Shown piece by piece: positions 25,742 to 35,265 of a stretch of DNA of 38,619 nt. Each line of letters begins with the position of its first letter. Positions within the stretch are counted from its first letter, which is position 1. The position numbers and the translations under genes were made by a program. The stretch comes from Paracoccus sp. (in: a-proteobacteria) (lineage in GTDB: Bacteria; Pseudomonadota; Alphaproteobacteria; Rhodobacterales; Rhodobacteraceae). The stretch is from NCBI GenBank assembly GCA_030538515.1, contig JAUNTV010000002.1:1-38619 (forward strand), written 5' to 3'. Under the pieces are notes generated by a model that saw only the letters and a list, made by a program, of their open reading frames with translations, made no database searches and was not told the DNA's origin.

Positions 25742-27075
25742 GCCACGAGTCCATCGCCCTTCTGATGTTCGCCTCGATGGTGCTTCTGCTTGTTTCGGGG
25801 CAGAGGGTCTTCGCCGCCATCGGTTTCGTCGCCTCGGGCGCGGCGCTGCTGCTTTACGGGCAGGGCGCGGTCGAACTGCCCTTCAACCAGGTGTTCAAGC
25901 TGTTCAACTGGTATGCGATGATGACCCTGCCCCTGTTCATCTATATGGGCTATATCCTGGCGGAATCCGGCATTGCCGAGGATCTTTACAAGATGCTGCA
26001 TGTCTGGTTCGGCCGCATTCCGGGCGGGCTGGCGGTGGGCACGATCTTTCTGATGGTGATCGTCTCGGCGATGAATGGGCTGTCGGTGGCGGGCATGGCC
26101 ATCGGTGCCACCATCGCCCTGCCCGAGATGCTGCGGCGCGGCTATGACAAGATCCTGATCTCGGGCGTGGTGCAGGGCGGATCGTCGCTTGGCATCCTGA
26201 TCCCGCCCTCGGTCGTGATGGTGCTTTACGGCATGATCGCGCGCCAGCCGGTGTCCAAGCTGTGGTTCGCGGGGCTGATACCGGGGCTGATCATGGCCGC
26301 AATGTTCGTGATCTATATCCTGATCCGCGCCAGGCTGAACCCCGCCCTTGCCCCCGTCGTGGACGAGGAGGAGCTGAACATGCCCCTGCGCGAAAAGCTG
26401 GCGCTGGCGCGGGCGGGGATCATCCCCTTCCTGATCTTCTTCCTGATGACCGGGCTGTTCGTGATGGGCTATACCTCGCTTATCGAAAGCGCGGCGGTGG
26501 GGGCGACGGCGGCGACGCTGGCGGCGATGCTGAAGGGGCGCTTCACCTGGCGGCTGATCAAGGAAACCTCGGTGAAAACGCTGGCGGTAAGCTGCATGTT
26601 CCTGTGGCTGATCCTTGCGGCACTGGCCTTCGGCGCGGTGTTCGACGGGCTTGGCGCGGTGCGCGCGGTCGAGAACCTGTTTCTGAACACATGGGACCTG
26701 GGCCCGTGGCAGGTGCTGATCATGATGCAGCTTTCCTTCATCCTGATGGGGATATTCCTGGACGATACCGCGATGCTGATCATCGTGGCACCGCTTTACA
26801 TCCCGCTTGTCGGCTCGCTGGATCTGGGCTTCGACAATCAGCTTATCTGGTTCGGCGTGCTTTACACGATCACCTGCCAGATCGCCTATATCACCCCGCC
26901 CTTCGGCTATAACCTGTTCCTGATGCGCGCGCTTGCGCCGCGGGAAATCACGCTGCTGGACATCTACCGCTCGATCTGGCCCTTCGTCCTGATGATGCTG
27001 GCGACCATCGCGCTGATCATGATCTGGCCCGGCATCGCGCTTTGGCTGCCCGCACAGATGAGCTTGCGGGGATAG
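25738..27075 (+). CDS. TRAP transporter large permease (DctM family)
   Basis: LPLFIYMG, GGLAV, LPEMLRRGYD, LGILIPPS, ITPPFGYNLF; ATGA overlap with the small permease gene. Confidence 0.93.
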   Translation: MSHESIALLMFASMVLLLVSGQRVFAAIGFVASGAALLLYGQGAVELPFNQVFKLFNWYAMMTLPLFIYMGYILAESGIAEDLYKMLHVWFGRIPGGLAVGTIFLMVIVSAMNGLSVAGMAIGATIALPEMLRRGYDKILISGVVQGGSSLGILIPPSVVMVLYGMIARQPVSKLWFAGLIPGLIMAAMFVIYILIRARLNPALAPVVDEEELNMPLREKLALARAGIIPFLIFFLMTGLFVMGYTSLIESAAVGATAATLAAMLKGRFTWRLIKETSVKTLAVSCMFLWLILAALAFGAVFDGLGAVRAVENLFLNTWDLGPWQVLIMMQLSFILMGIFLDDTAMLIIVAPLYIPLVGSLDLGFDNQLIWFGVLYTITCQIAYITPPFGYNLFLMRALAPREITLLDIYRSIWPFVLMMLATIALIMIWPGIALWLPAQMSLRG

Positions 27076-27139
27076 GCCCCGCACCCCGTAACCAGGCCCC
27101 GGCAAGAGGGCCCCATCAACAGCAAGTGAGGATATCACC

Positions 27140-28213
27140 ATGACAAAACTTCTCAGCCCGTCCCAGAAGATCCTGTCCAGCCGGCGCAGGTTCCTGCAAA
27201 CGGCGGGGATCGGGGCGGCGGCCTCGACTTTGGCCGCGCCTGCGGTGCTGGCGCAGGGCGCGCCGATCAGATGGCGCTTGCAGACCTATTCGGGCGCGCC
27301 GCTTGGCGCCCATGTCATCAAGCCCCAGATCGACGCGTTCAACGCCGCCGCCAATGGCGAGATGGAGATCGAGCTTTACTACGCCGATCAGCTTGTCCCC
27401 ACCGCCGACCTGTTTCGCGCGCTGCAAAACGGCACTGTCGACGCCGTGCAATCGGATGAGGCGTCGATGGCCTCGCCGGTGGATATCTCGGTTTTCGGGG
27501 GGTATTTCCCCTTCGCCACCCGCTTCAGCCTTGATGTGCCGGCGCTGTTCGATTTCTACGGCCTCAACGAGATCTGGCAGGAAGCCTATGCCGAGGTGCC
27601 CAACGTCACCTGGCTTTCCTCGGGCGCGTGGGACCCGTTGCATATCTTTACCGTGAACAAGCCGATCCGCAGCCTTGCCGACATGCGGGGCCTGCGCGTC
27701 TTTGGCGTGCCCACGGCGGGGCGCTTTCTGTCGCGCTACGGGCTGATCCCGGTGACGATCCCCTGGGATAACGTCGAGGTCGCCATGCAGACCGGCGAAC
27801 TTGACGGGGTGGCATGGTGCGGCTTTACCGAAGCCTATGAAGTCGGTTGGGCCGATGTCTGCAACTACGCGCTGACCAACTCGCTGACCGGCGCGTGGTT
27901 CGGCAGCTATTTCGCCAATACCGCAAGCTGGGAAAAGGTGCCCCCGCATCTTCAGCAGCTTTTCCGTTCGACCATCGACCAGTCGCATTACTATCGTCAG
28001 GTCTGGTATTGGGGCGGCGAGGCGAAGCTGCGCGTCGAGGGCGAGAAGATGGAGCTGACCTCTATCCCGCCCGAGGAATGGGCGCAGGTCGGCCGGGATG
28101 CGGAAGGCTTCTGGGACGAGGTTGCCGGGCGCAGCGAACGCGCGGGCCGGGTCGTGCAGGCCTTCAAGGATTACACCGCCACCGTGGAAAAGGCCGGCTA
28201 CCCCTATCGCTAA
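27140..28213 (+). CDS. TRAP substrate-binding protein (DctP family), amine/ethanolamine-binding type
   Basis: Tat signal SRRRFL; WRLQTY; DMRGLRVF has Phe at the usual carboxylate-binding Arg; MQTGELDG; AWCGFTE. Confidence 0.88.
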   Translation: MTKLLSPSQKILSSRRRFLQTAGIGAAASTLAAPAVLAQGAPIRWRLQTYSGAPLGAHVIKPQIDAFNAAANGEMEIELYYADQLVPTADLFRALQNGTVDAVQSDEASMASPVDISVFGGYFPFATRFSLDVPALFDFYGLNEIWQEAYAEVPNVTWLSSGAWDPLHIFTVNKPIRSLADMRGLRVFGVPTAGRFLSRYGLIPVTIPWDNVEVAMQTGELDGVAWCGFTEAYEVGWADVCNYALTNSLTGAWFGSYFANTASWEKVPPHLQQLFRSTIDQSHYYRQVWYWGGEAKLRVEGEKMELTSIPPEEWAQVGRDAEGFWDEVAGRSERAGRVVQAFKDYTATVEKAGYPYR

Positions 28214-28229
28214 GCCTGTCCCTGACCCC

Positions 28230-28257
28230 GCCGGGCGCGTATTCGCGCGCGCCCGGC
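28230..28257 (+). other. Intercistronic GC hairpin after the binding-protein gene (possible mRNA stabiliser)
   Basis: GCCGGGCGCG...CGCGCCCGGC 10 bp stem with no U tail. Confidence 0.45.
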
Positions 28258-28278
28258 CCCCGCTGACCGGAGAAAACC

Positions 28279-29640
28279 ATGCCCGCCAATCTGACGCTTG
28301 ATACGCTTGCAGCCGCCTGGAAGGCGGGCGAGATCGACACCGTAGCCGTCGCCCTGATCGACATGCAGGGCCGCATGATGGGCAAGCGTTTCCATGTGCA
28401 GCATTTCCTTGACGCGCATGATGAAACCCATTGCTGCGACTATCTGCTGGCCACCGATTACGAGATGTTCACCGTGCCCGGCTATGCCGCCAGCGGCTGG
28501 GACAAGGGCTATGGCGATTATGCCATGCGCCCCGACCTGTCCACGCTGCGCCGCCTGCCATGGGCACCGGGCACGGCGCTTTGCATGGTCGATCTGCTGG
28601 ATCACCACACGCATCAGCCCGTGCCGCATGCCCCGCGCAACGTGCTGGCCGCCCAGGTCGCCCGCGCCCGCGCCATGGGGTTTGAGCCGATGATGGCGAC
28701 CGAGCTTGAATTCTTCATGTTCGAGGAAAGTTTCAGGCAGCTTTTCGACGCGGGCTATCACAGCCTGACGCCAAGCGCGCGTTTCAACGTGGATTACGCC
28801 CTGACCGAGACCTCGGGCGATGAACCCGTCATGCGCGCGCTGCGCAACGGGCTTTACGGCGCGGGCGTGCCGGTCGAATGCTCCAAGGGCGAGGCAGAGC
28901 GCGGCCAGCATGAGATCAACGCCCGCTACTCGGACGCGCTGGATGCGGCGGATATGCATGTGCTCATCAAGGCGGCGGCGAAGGATATCGCACGCGATGC
29001 GGGGCGCTCGGTCACGTTCATGGCGAAATATCATCACGACAAGGTGGGCAGTTCGTCCCATGTCCATCAGTCGCTGGCGCGGGATGGAAAGAATGCCTTC
29101 GTCGATGCCGCCGATCCGCTTGGCATGTCGGCGGTGATGAAATCCTATGTCGCCGGGCAATTGGCCCATGCCAGTGCCATCACGCTGTTTCTGGCCCCCA
29201 ATATCAACAGCTACAAGCGTTTCGTCGCCGGCACCTTCGCCCCCACCCGCGCGGTATGGAGCGTGGACAACCGCACCGCAGGCTTCCGTCTCTGCGGCGA
29301 AAACACCAGGGCGGTGCGTATCGAATGCCGCATCGGTGGTGCCGATCTGAACCCCTATATGGCCTGTGCCGCGCTTCTGGCAGCCGGGCTGGACGGGATC
29401 GAAAAGGGGATGGAACTGGGTCCGGCCTTTTCGGGGGATCTCTATCAGTCCAGGGACGCGCCCGAGGTGCCGCGCACGCTGGCAGCCGCGGCCGAAGCGG
29501 CCTTTGCCTCGGACATGCTGCGCGACGCTTTCGGCAAGGAAGTCATTGCCCATTACCACCGCGCCGCATTATGGGAACTGGAAGAACAGGCCCGCGTCGT
29601 CTCGGATTGGGAAGTCGGGCGCGGATTCGAACGGGCCTGA
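28279..29640 (+). CDS. Glutamine synthetase-like gamma-glutamyl-amine ligase
   Basis: DMQGRMMGKR, ELEFF, GQHEIN, TFMAK, SSSHVHQSL, NSYKRF, DNRTAGFR, RIECRIGGADLNPY; the Glu flap GYEAP of true GS is GTFAP. Confidence 0.9.
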   Translation: MPANLTLDTLAAAWKAGEIDTVAVALIDMQGRMMGKRFHVQHFLDAHDETHCCDYLLATDYEMFTVPGYAASGWDKGYGDYAMRPDLSTLRRLPWAPGTALCMVDLLDHHTHQPVPHAPRNVLAAQVARARAMGFEPMMATELEFFMFEESFRQLFDAGYHSLTPSARFNVDYALTETSGDEPVMRALRNGLYGAGVPVECSKGEAERGQHEINARYSDALDAADMHVLIKAAAKDIARDAGRSVTFMAKYHHDKVGSSSHVHQSLARDGKNAFVDAADPLGMSAVMKSYVAGQLAHASAITLFLAPNINSYKRFVAGTFAPTRAVWSVDNRTAGFRLCGENTRAVRIECRIGGADLNPYMACAALLAAGLDGIEKGMELGPAFSGDLYQSRDAPEVPRTLAAAAEAAFASDMLRDAFGKEVIAHYHRAALWELEEQARVVSDWEVGRGFERA

Positions 29641-29658
29641 AGGAACGGGAAAGCAGCA

Positions 29659-31047
29659 ATGTCAGGAAAAATCCAACTGGTGTCGCCGGTCGATGGCGCG
29701 GTCTATGTCACTCGGGATGTCCTTTCGCCCGATCAGGCGCGCGAGGCTTTGGCCCGCGCGCGGGATGCGCAGCCAGATTGGGCCGCGCGCCCGCTGGAAG
29801 ACCGCATCGCGCGCGTCATGGCCGGGGTGGATGCGCTGATCGCCATGAATGATGACATCGTGCCCGAACTGGCCCGGATGATGGGCCGCCCGGTCCGTTG
29901 GGGCGGCGAAATGGGGGGCGTGCGCGAACGGGCCGATTACATGGCCGGGATCGCGGCCAAGGCCCTTGCCCCCGACATCATCGAGGACAGCGATACCTTC
30001 CGGCGCGAGTTGCGCCGCGCGCCGGTGGGCGTGGTCTTCGTCATCGCGCCGTGGAATTACCCCTTCCTGACCGCGATCAATGCGGTCGTGCCGGCGCTGA
30101 TCGCGGGCAATGCGGTGGTGCTGAAACATGCCAGCCAGACCCTGCTGGCGGGCGAGCGGCTGGCGCAGGCCATGGCTGCGGGCGGTGTGCCGGGCGATGT
30201 GTTCCAGAACCTGATCCTCGATCACGCCACGACCGAAACGCTGATCGCCGAACGCCACTTCGGTTTCGTGAATTTCACCGGCTCGGTCGGGGGCGGGCGC
30301 GCGATCGAACGCGCGGCGGCGGGCGGCTTTACCGGCACCGGGCTGGAACTGGGCGGCAAGGACCCCGGCTATGTCGCCGAGGATGCCGATCTGGATGCCG
30401 CCGTGAACGGGCTGATGGACGGGGCGATGTTCAATTCGGGGCAATGCTGCTGCGGGATCGAACGCATCTATGTTCATGAAAGCCTGTATGATGCCTTTGT
30501 CGAAAAGGCCACCGACTGGGTGCGGGCGCTGCGCCTTGGCGACCCGCTTGACCCCGAAACCACCATGGGCCCGATGGCGCACCGCCGCTTCGCCGATCTC
30601 GTGCGCGGGCAGGTGGCCGATGCCGTGGCGGCCGGCGCGCGCCCGCTGATCGCGCCGGGCGCGGTGCCCGGCGATGATGGCGGCGCCTATCTGGCCCCGC
30701 AGGTGCTGGTCGATGTGACCCATGACATGCGCGTCATGCGCGAGGAAAGCTTCGGCCCCGTGGTCGGCATCATGCCCGTGCGCGATGATGCCGAAGCCGT
30801 GGCGCTGATGAATGACAGCGATTACGGACTGACGGCATCGATCTGGACCTCGGACCCGGACCGGGCGGCGGCGATCGGTGATCAGCTTGAGACCGGAACC
30901 GTTTTCATGAACCGCTGCGATTACCTTGACCCCGCGCTTTGCTGGACGGGGATCAAGGATACCGGGCGCGGGGCCAGCCTGTCGGCCCTTGGCTATCTGG
31001 CCGTCACCCGTCCCAAATCCTTCCATCTGAAAAAGGTCACCGCATGA
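29659..31047 (+). CDS. NAD(P)-dependent aldehyde dehydrogenase
   Basis: PWNYP, FTGSV, LELGGKDP, NSGQCC, EESFGPV, YGLTASIW. Confidence 0.93.
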   Translation: MSGKIQLVSPVDGAVYVTRDVLSPDQAREALARARDAQPDWAARPLEDRIARVMAGVDALIAMNDDIVPELARMMGRPVRWGGEMGGVRERADYMAGIAAKALAPDIIEDSDTFRRELRRAPVGVVFVIAPWNYPFLTAINAVVPALIAGNAVVLKHASQTLLAGERLAQAMAAGGVPGDVFQNLILDHATTETLIAERHFGFVNFTGSVGGGRAIERAAAGGFTGTGLELGGKDPGYVAEDADLDAAVNGLMDGAMFNSGQCCCGIERIYVHESLYDAFVEKATDWVRALRLGDPLDPETTMGPMAHRRFADLVRGQVADAVAAGARPLIAPGAVPGDDGGAYLAPQVLVDVTHDMRVMREESFGPVVGIMPVRDDAEAVALMNDSDYGLTASIWTSDPDRAAAIGDQLETGTVFMNRCDYLDPALCWTGIKDTGRGASLSALGYLAVTRPKSFHLKKVTA

Positions 31048-32201
31048 GCCTGCGCGCCAACTGGTCCTATCCCACCGCCATCAAGTTCGGTGCCGGTCGC
31101 ATCGCCGAACTGCCCGAACATTGCCGAAGCGCCGGCATCACCCGCCCGCTTCTGGTCACCGACCGCGCGCTGGCAGGCCTGCCGATCACGCAGGCAGCGC
31201 TTGATCTGCTGGATGCTGCGGGCCTCGGCCGGGCGGTATTTTCCGATGTCGACCCCAACCCGGATGAGGGCAATATGGAAGCCGGTCTGGCCGTCTACCG
31301 CGCGGGCGGGCATGACGGGGTGATCTGCTTCGGCGGCGGCTCGGCGCTGGATCTGGGCAAGATGATCGCGCTGATGGTCGACCAGCCCGTCCCGGTCTGG
31401 GATCTGGAAGATATCGGCGACTGGTGGACCCGCGCCGATCCCGCGACCATCGCGCCGATCATCGCCGTGCCCACCACCGCCGGCACCGGGTCCGAGGTCG
31501 GGCGCGCGGGCGTGCTGACCAACAGCGCCACCCACAAGAAGAAGATCATCTTTCACCCGAAGCTGCTGCCCACGGTGACGATCTGCGACCCCGAACTGAC
31601 CGTCGGCATGCCGCGCGCGATCACGGCGGGCACCGGCATGGATGCTTTCGCCCATTGTCTTGAGGCCTATTCCAGCCCCTTCTTTCACCCCATGTCGCAG
31701 GGCATCGCGCTGGAGGGGCTGCGGCTGGTGAATGAAAACCTGACCCGCGCCTATGCCACCCCGGACGACCTGGAGGCCCGCGCGCAGATGATGGCCGCCG
31801 CCGCCATGGGCGCGGTCGCCTTCCAGAAGGGGCTTGGCGCGATCCACAGCCTCAGCCATCCGGTGGGCGCGGTTTACGGCACGCATCACGGCACGACGAA
31901 CGCCGTGGTGATGCCGATGGTGCTGCGCTTCAACCGCCCCGCGATCGAGGACCGCATCACCCGCGCCGCCGATTATCTGGGCATCAAGGGCGGGTTCGAC
32001 GGGTTCTATGCCCGCGTGCTGGACCTGCGCGCGGAACTGGATATCCCCGCGAACCTTTCGGTGATGGGGGTCGAGGCCGCGCGGCTGGACGAGCTGACCG
32101 AGATGGCGCTTGAAGATCCTTCCTGCGCGGGCAACCCTGTCGAGATGACCCGCGACAACACCCGCGCGCTGTTTGACGCAGCGATGCGGGACGCCGTGTG
32201 A
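31044..32201 (+). CDS. Iron-containing alcohol dehydrogenase
   Basis: GGGSALD, PTTAGTGSEV, DAFAHCLE, HSLSH, HHG metal ligands; ATGA overlap with the ALDH gene. Confidence 0.93.
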   Translation: MSLRANWSYPTAIKFGAGRIAELPEHCRSAGITRPLLVTDRALAGLPITQAALDLLDAAGLGRAVFSDVDPNPDEGNMEAGLAVYRAGGHDGVICFGGGSALDLGKMIALMVDQPVPVWDLEDIGDWWTRADPATIAPIIAVPTTAGTGSEVGRAGVLTNSATHKKKIIFHPKLLPTVTICDPELTVGMPRAITAGTGMDAFAHCLEAYSSPFFHPMSQGIALEGLRLVNENLTRAYATPDDLEARAQMMAAAAMGAVAFQKGLGAIHSLSHPVGAVYGTHHGTTNAVVMPMVLRFNRPAIEDRITRAADYLGIKGGFDGFYARVLDLRAELDIPANLSVMGVEAARLDELTEMALEDPSCAGNPVEMTRDNTRALFDAAMRDAV

Positions 32202-32205
32202 CGGG

Positions 32206-32283
32206 CCGCGCCCGTTCTGACCGACGGGGGGCGCGTCTTTATTACCCGTAAGGGCAGGGCGGGCGCGGGTTTTCCGCCCGCCC
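32206..32283. terminator. Two GC hairpins between convergent operons
   Basis: Imperfect CGCGCCC...GGGCGCG stem followed by TCTTTATT; second stem GGGCGGGCG-N9-CGCCCGCCC. Confidence 0.5.
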
Positions 32284-32291
32284 CCGCCAGG

Positions 32292-33992
32292 TCAGTCAGC
32301 GGTTTCGGCTGCCGAACGGCGCATGGCGCTGCGGGCTGGTTCTGCAGCCGGATCACGATGGGCGGGAACTGGCTGATACGGGCGCAAGCCCGCCCCCCCT
32401 TCATGCGCGGCAAGCACGCGTGATATCTGGGCGCGCGCCTTTTGCGCGGTCATGGGCCAGGTCCGTTCGTTCACCACCCATTCGCGCCCCGCTTTGCCAA
32501 GCCGCCTGCGCAGCGCGCTGTCCCCGACCAGGCGGTGCAGTGCATCGGCCATGGCGGTGATATTGCCCTTTTCGAACAGCAGCCCGGTTCTGTCGTGATC
32601 GATCATTTCCGACAGCGCATGCACAGATGAGGCGAGGACGGCTTTTTCCATCGACATCGCTTCAAGCGGTTTCATGGGCGAGACCATCTCTGTCACCAGT
32701 TGCGGCTTGCGCGGGAAGGGCGCGATATCGATCAGCGAGTAATGCGCCGCGACTGCTTCATGGGGGATGCGGCCGGGCATGATCAGCCAGTCGGCAAGCC
32801 CGCCTTCCGCTGCGGCGGCCTCGATCGCGGCGGTGATTGGCCCCTTGCTCTGGTTCGAGACATTTTCATTGCCGACCAGAAGCAGCCGGAACTCCACGCC
32901 CCTGCGTTTCAGGATCGCGGCGGCGCGGGCCAGATCGTCCAGCCCCTCATATTGCACGAATGAGCCGATATAGCCGATCACCGGCACCCCTTCGGGAATG
33001 TTCAGCGCGGCGGCAAGCGCGTGATCCCTTTGCTGTGGCAGGAATTTCCAGGGGTCGCAGGAATTGGGCAGAAGCGAGATGTTATCGGCCGCGACGCCGC
33101 GCCGGATCAATTCGTCGCGCATGCCCCCGGTCAGGGTGAAGACGTGATCGGCGGCTTTTGCGCTCATCGCTTCCAGCCGGGACAGCGTTGCATAGGTTTC
33201 GGTTTCAAGGAATTCCGGCTCGCGCGAGGCGCGGGTGACTTCCCAGAAGCCCCGGACCTCGTAGATGAAGGGGATGCCCAGGCGTGCCGCGGCCATTTGC
33301 GCCGGCAGCGATGTCAGGTGGTTCGAGGCGGCAATGACCAGTTCGGGGCGCAGTTCGCGCAGCTTCTGTTCGATCCGGTCGGCCGAGGCCACCAGATAGA
33401 CATGCCCGATCTGATCCTTGCGAGAGGGTGAGGTGATCCGGTGATAATCGATCCCGTCGATGGTATCGAGCGCGGGGACGTCGCCGGCCTCGACAGGAAT
33501 GATGTCATTGGGAAAACCGGGCCTTGTGACGCAGATCATGTCATAGCCGATCCGGCGCATGCCTTGCAGCAGGCCATGGCCGCGCGTCGCATAACCGCCC
33601 GAGGAATAGGGCAGCGAATTATGCAGGAAATACAGGATGCGGCCTGTGACCGGCTGGTATTGCCGGGGACGTTTCGCGTTCAGCCGGGCCTGGATGTCCG
33701 GTTCGTCCACGACCCGCCTGAATATCTTGCGCCGGCAGATATCAAGCCAGTCGGCTTCGGTGCCTTCCGGCGGATCGGCCTCGATCTCGGCAAGGATACG
33801 CTCGGCCGCAGCGAAATCGGGCAGGGCCAGGGCCGTTCCCAGCCTGAGCCTCTGATAGGACCAGACATTTTTTGCATGGCACGCCCGGTCGAGCAGCGCC
33901 AGCTTCGATGTCTTGCGCCCCAACATGCCAAGCCGCTTGGCCGCGACGACCAGACCATATGCGAACTGGCTTGGATCTTCGTAATGCGCCAT
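32292..33992 (-). CDS. Glycosyltransferase family 4 (GT-B) with N-terminal helical extension
   Basis: HNSLPYSSGGYATR, YEVRGFWE, GYIGSFVQYEGL, PMKPLEAMS. Confidence 0.9.
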   Translation of the reverse strand: MAHYEDPSQFAYGLVVAAKRLGMLGRKTSKLALLDRACHAKNVWSYQRLRLGTALALPDFAAAERILAEIEADPPEGTEADWLDICRRKIFRRVVDEPDIQARLNAKRPRQYQPVTGRILYFLHNSLPYSSGGYATRGHGLLQGMRRIGYDMICVTRPGFPNDIIPVEAGDVPALDTIDGIDYHRITSPSRKDQIGHVYLVASADRIEQKLRELRPELVIAASNHLTSLPAQMAAARLGIPFIYEVRGFWEVTRASREPEFLETETYATLSRLEAMSAKAADHVFTLTGGMRDELIRRGVAADNISLLPNSCDPWKFLPQQRDHALAAALNIPEGVPVIGYIGSFVQYEGLDDLARAAAILKRRGVEFRLLLVGNENVSNQSKGPITAAIEAAAAEGGLADWLIMPGRIPHEAVAAHYSLIDIAPFPRKPQLVTEMVSPMKPLEAMSMEKAVLASSVHALSEMIDHDRTGLLFEKGNITAMADALHRLVGDSALRRRLGKAGREWVVNERTWPMTAQKARAQISRVLAAHEGGAGLRPYQPVPAHRDPAAEPARSAMRRSAAETAD

Positions 33993-34005
33993 GGTCCGCC
34001 CTTTT

Positions 34006-35265
34006 CTATTTCAGCCAGACGCCGCGGGTGTCGATCACGATCTGCCCCGCGGCCGAGGGCGGCGGGCTGTTGCGGAATTGGGTGTGATCGACCAGCATGA
34101 CGCAGATATCGGCCTGCATCGCCTCGTGAAGCGAGACGAGATCGGCCTTGCCCGCCAGCACCGCCGGCAGTTCCTTGATATACGGCTCGACCACGCGGAT
34201 CTGGCCGGGGAATTCATCGGCCAGGCATGAGACGATGCCAAGGGCCGGGCTTTCGCGCAGATCGTCGATATTGGGCTTGAAGGCCAGCCCGAAACAACTG
34301 ATGCGCGCGCCCGCGCCCTTGGCGGCCACCGCATCGCGGATCTTCTGCATCACCCATTCGGGCTTCTGGTCATTGGTGTCGCGCGCGGTGCGGATCAGCC
34401 GCGCCAGATCGGGGCTTTGCGAAACGATGAACCACGGATCGACGGCGATACAATGCCCGCCCACGCCGGGGCCGGGTTGCAGGATATTGACGCGCGGATG
34501 GCGGTTGGTCAGCCGGATCAGTTCCCAGACATTGATGCCAAGCCGGTCGCAGATCAGCGACAATTCGTTCGCGAAGGCGATATTCACGTCACGGAAGCTG
34601 TTTTCGGTCAGCTTGGCCATCTCGGCGGTGCGGGCATCGGTTTCGACGCAATCGCCCTCGACCACCATGCGGTAAAGATCGCGCGCGCGGGTGGCGCAGG
34701 CGGGCGTGATGCCGCCGATCACCCGGTCATTCGTGACCAGTTCGCGCAGCGCATGGCCGGGCAGGATGCGTTCGGGGCAATGGGCGATGCGGATATCGCT
34801 TTGCTCGCCATGGGTCTGCGGGAATGTCAGATCGGGGCGTTCCTGGGCCAGCCATCCGGCCATCTGTTCGGTCGCGCCGACCGGGCTGGTCGATTCCAGC
34901 ACCACCAGATCGCCCTTTTTCAGCACCGGCGCGATATTGCGCGCGGCGGCCTCGACATAGGAGAGATCGGGGACATGATCCTCGCCCGGACCGGTGCGGA
35001 AAGGCGTGGGCACGGCGATCAGGAAGGCCTCGGCCTCTTCGGGGGTGGTGGTGGCACGCAAAAGCCCCGAGCGGACCGAGCGGCGCAGCGCGTCATCCAG
35101 CCCCGGCTCGACGATATGGGACTGGCCCGCATTGATGCGATCAACGGCATTCTGATCGATATCCAGCCCGAGCACATTGATATTGCGCAGCGCGAATACG
35201 ACCGCGGTGGGCAGGCCGATATAGCCAAGCCCGACCATGCAGATTTTTCGGAACGGAGTCCTCAT
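34006..35265 (-). CDS. wecC: UDP-N-acetyl-D-mannosamine dehydrogenase
   Basis: [73 protein letters not shown]. Confidence 0.95.
   Translation of the reverse strand: MRTPFRKICMVGLGYIGLPTAVVFALRNINVLGLDIDQNAVDRINAGQSHIVEPGLDDALRRSVRSGLLRATTTPEEAEAFLIAVPTPFRTGPGEDHVPDLSYVEAAARNIAPVLKKGDLVVLESTSPVGATEQMAGWLAQERPDLTFPQTHGEQSDIRIAHCPERILPGHALRELVTNDRVIGGITPACATRARDLYRMVVEGDCVETDARTAEMAKLTENSFRDVNIAFANELSLICDRLGINVWELIRLTNRHPRVNILQPGPGVGGHCIAVDPWFIVSQSPDLARLIRTARDTNDQKPEWVMQKIRDAVAAKGAGARISCFGLAFKPNIDDLRESPALGIVSCLADEFPGQIRVVEPYIKELPAVLAGKADLVSLHEAMQADICVMLVDHTQFRNSPPPSAAGQIVIDTRGVWLK

Noticed and set aside
28279-29640. Annotation as glnA
   Set aside because: The Glu flap is replaced and the catabolic context indicates a gamma-glutamyl-amine ligase.
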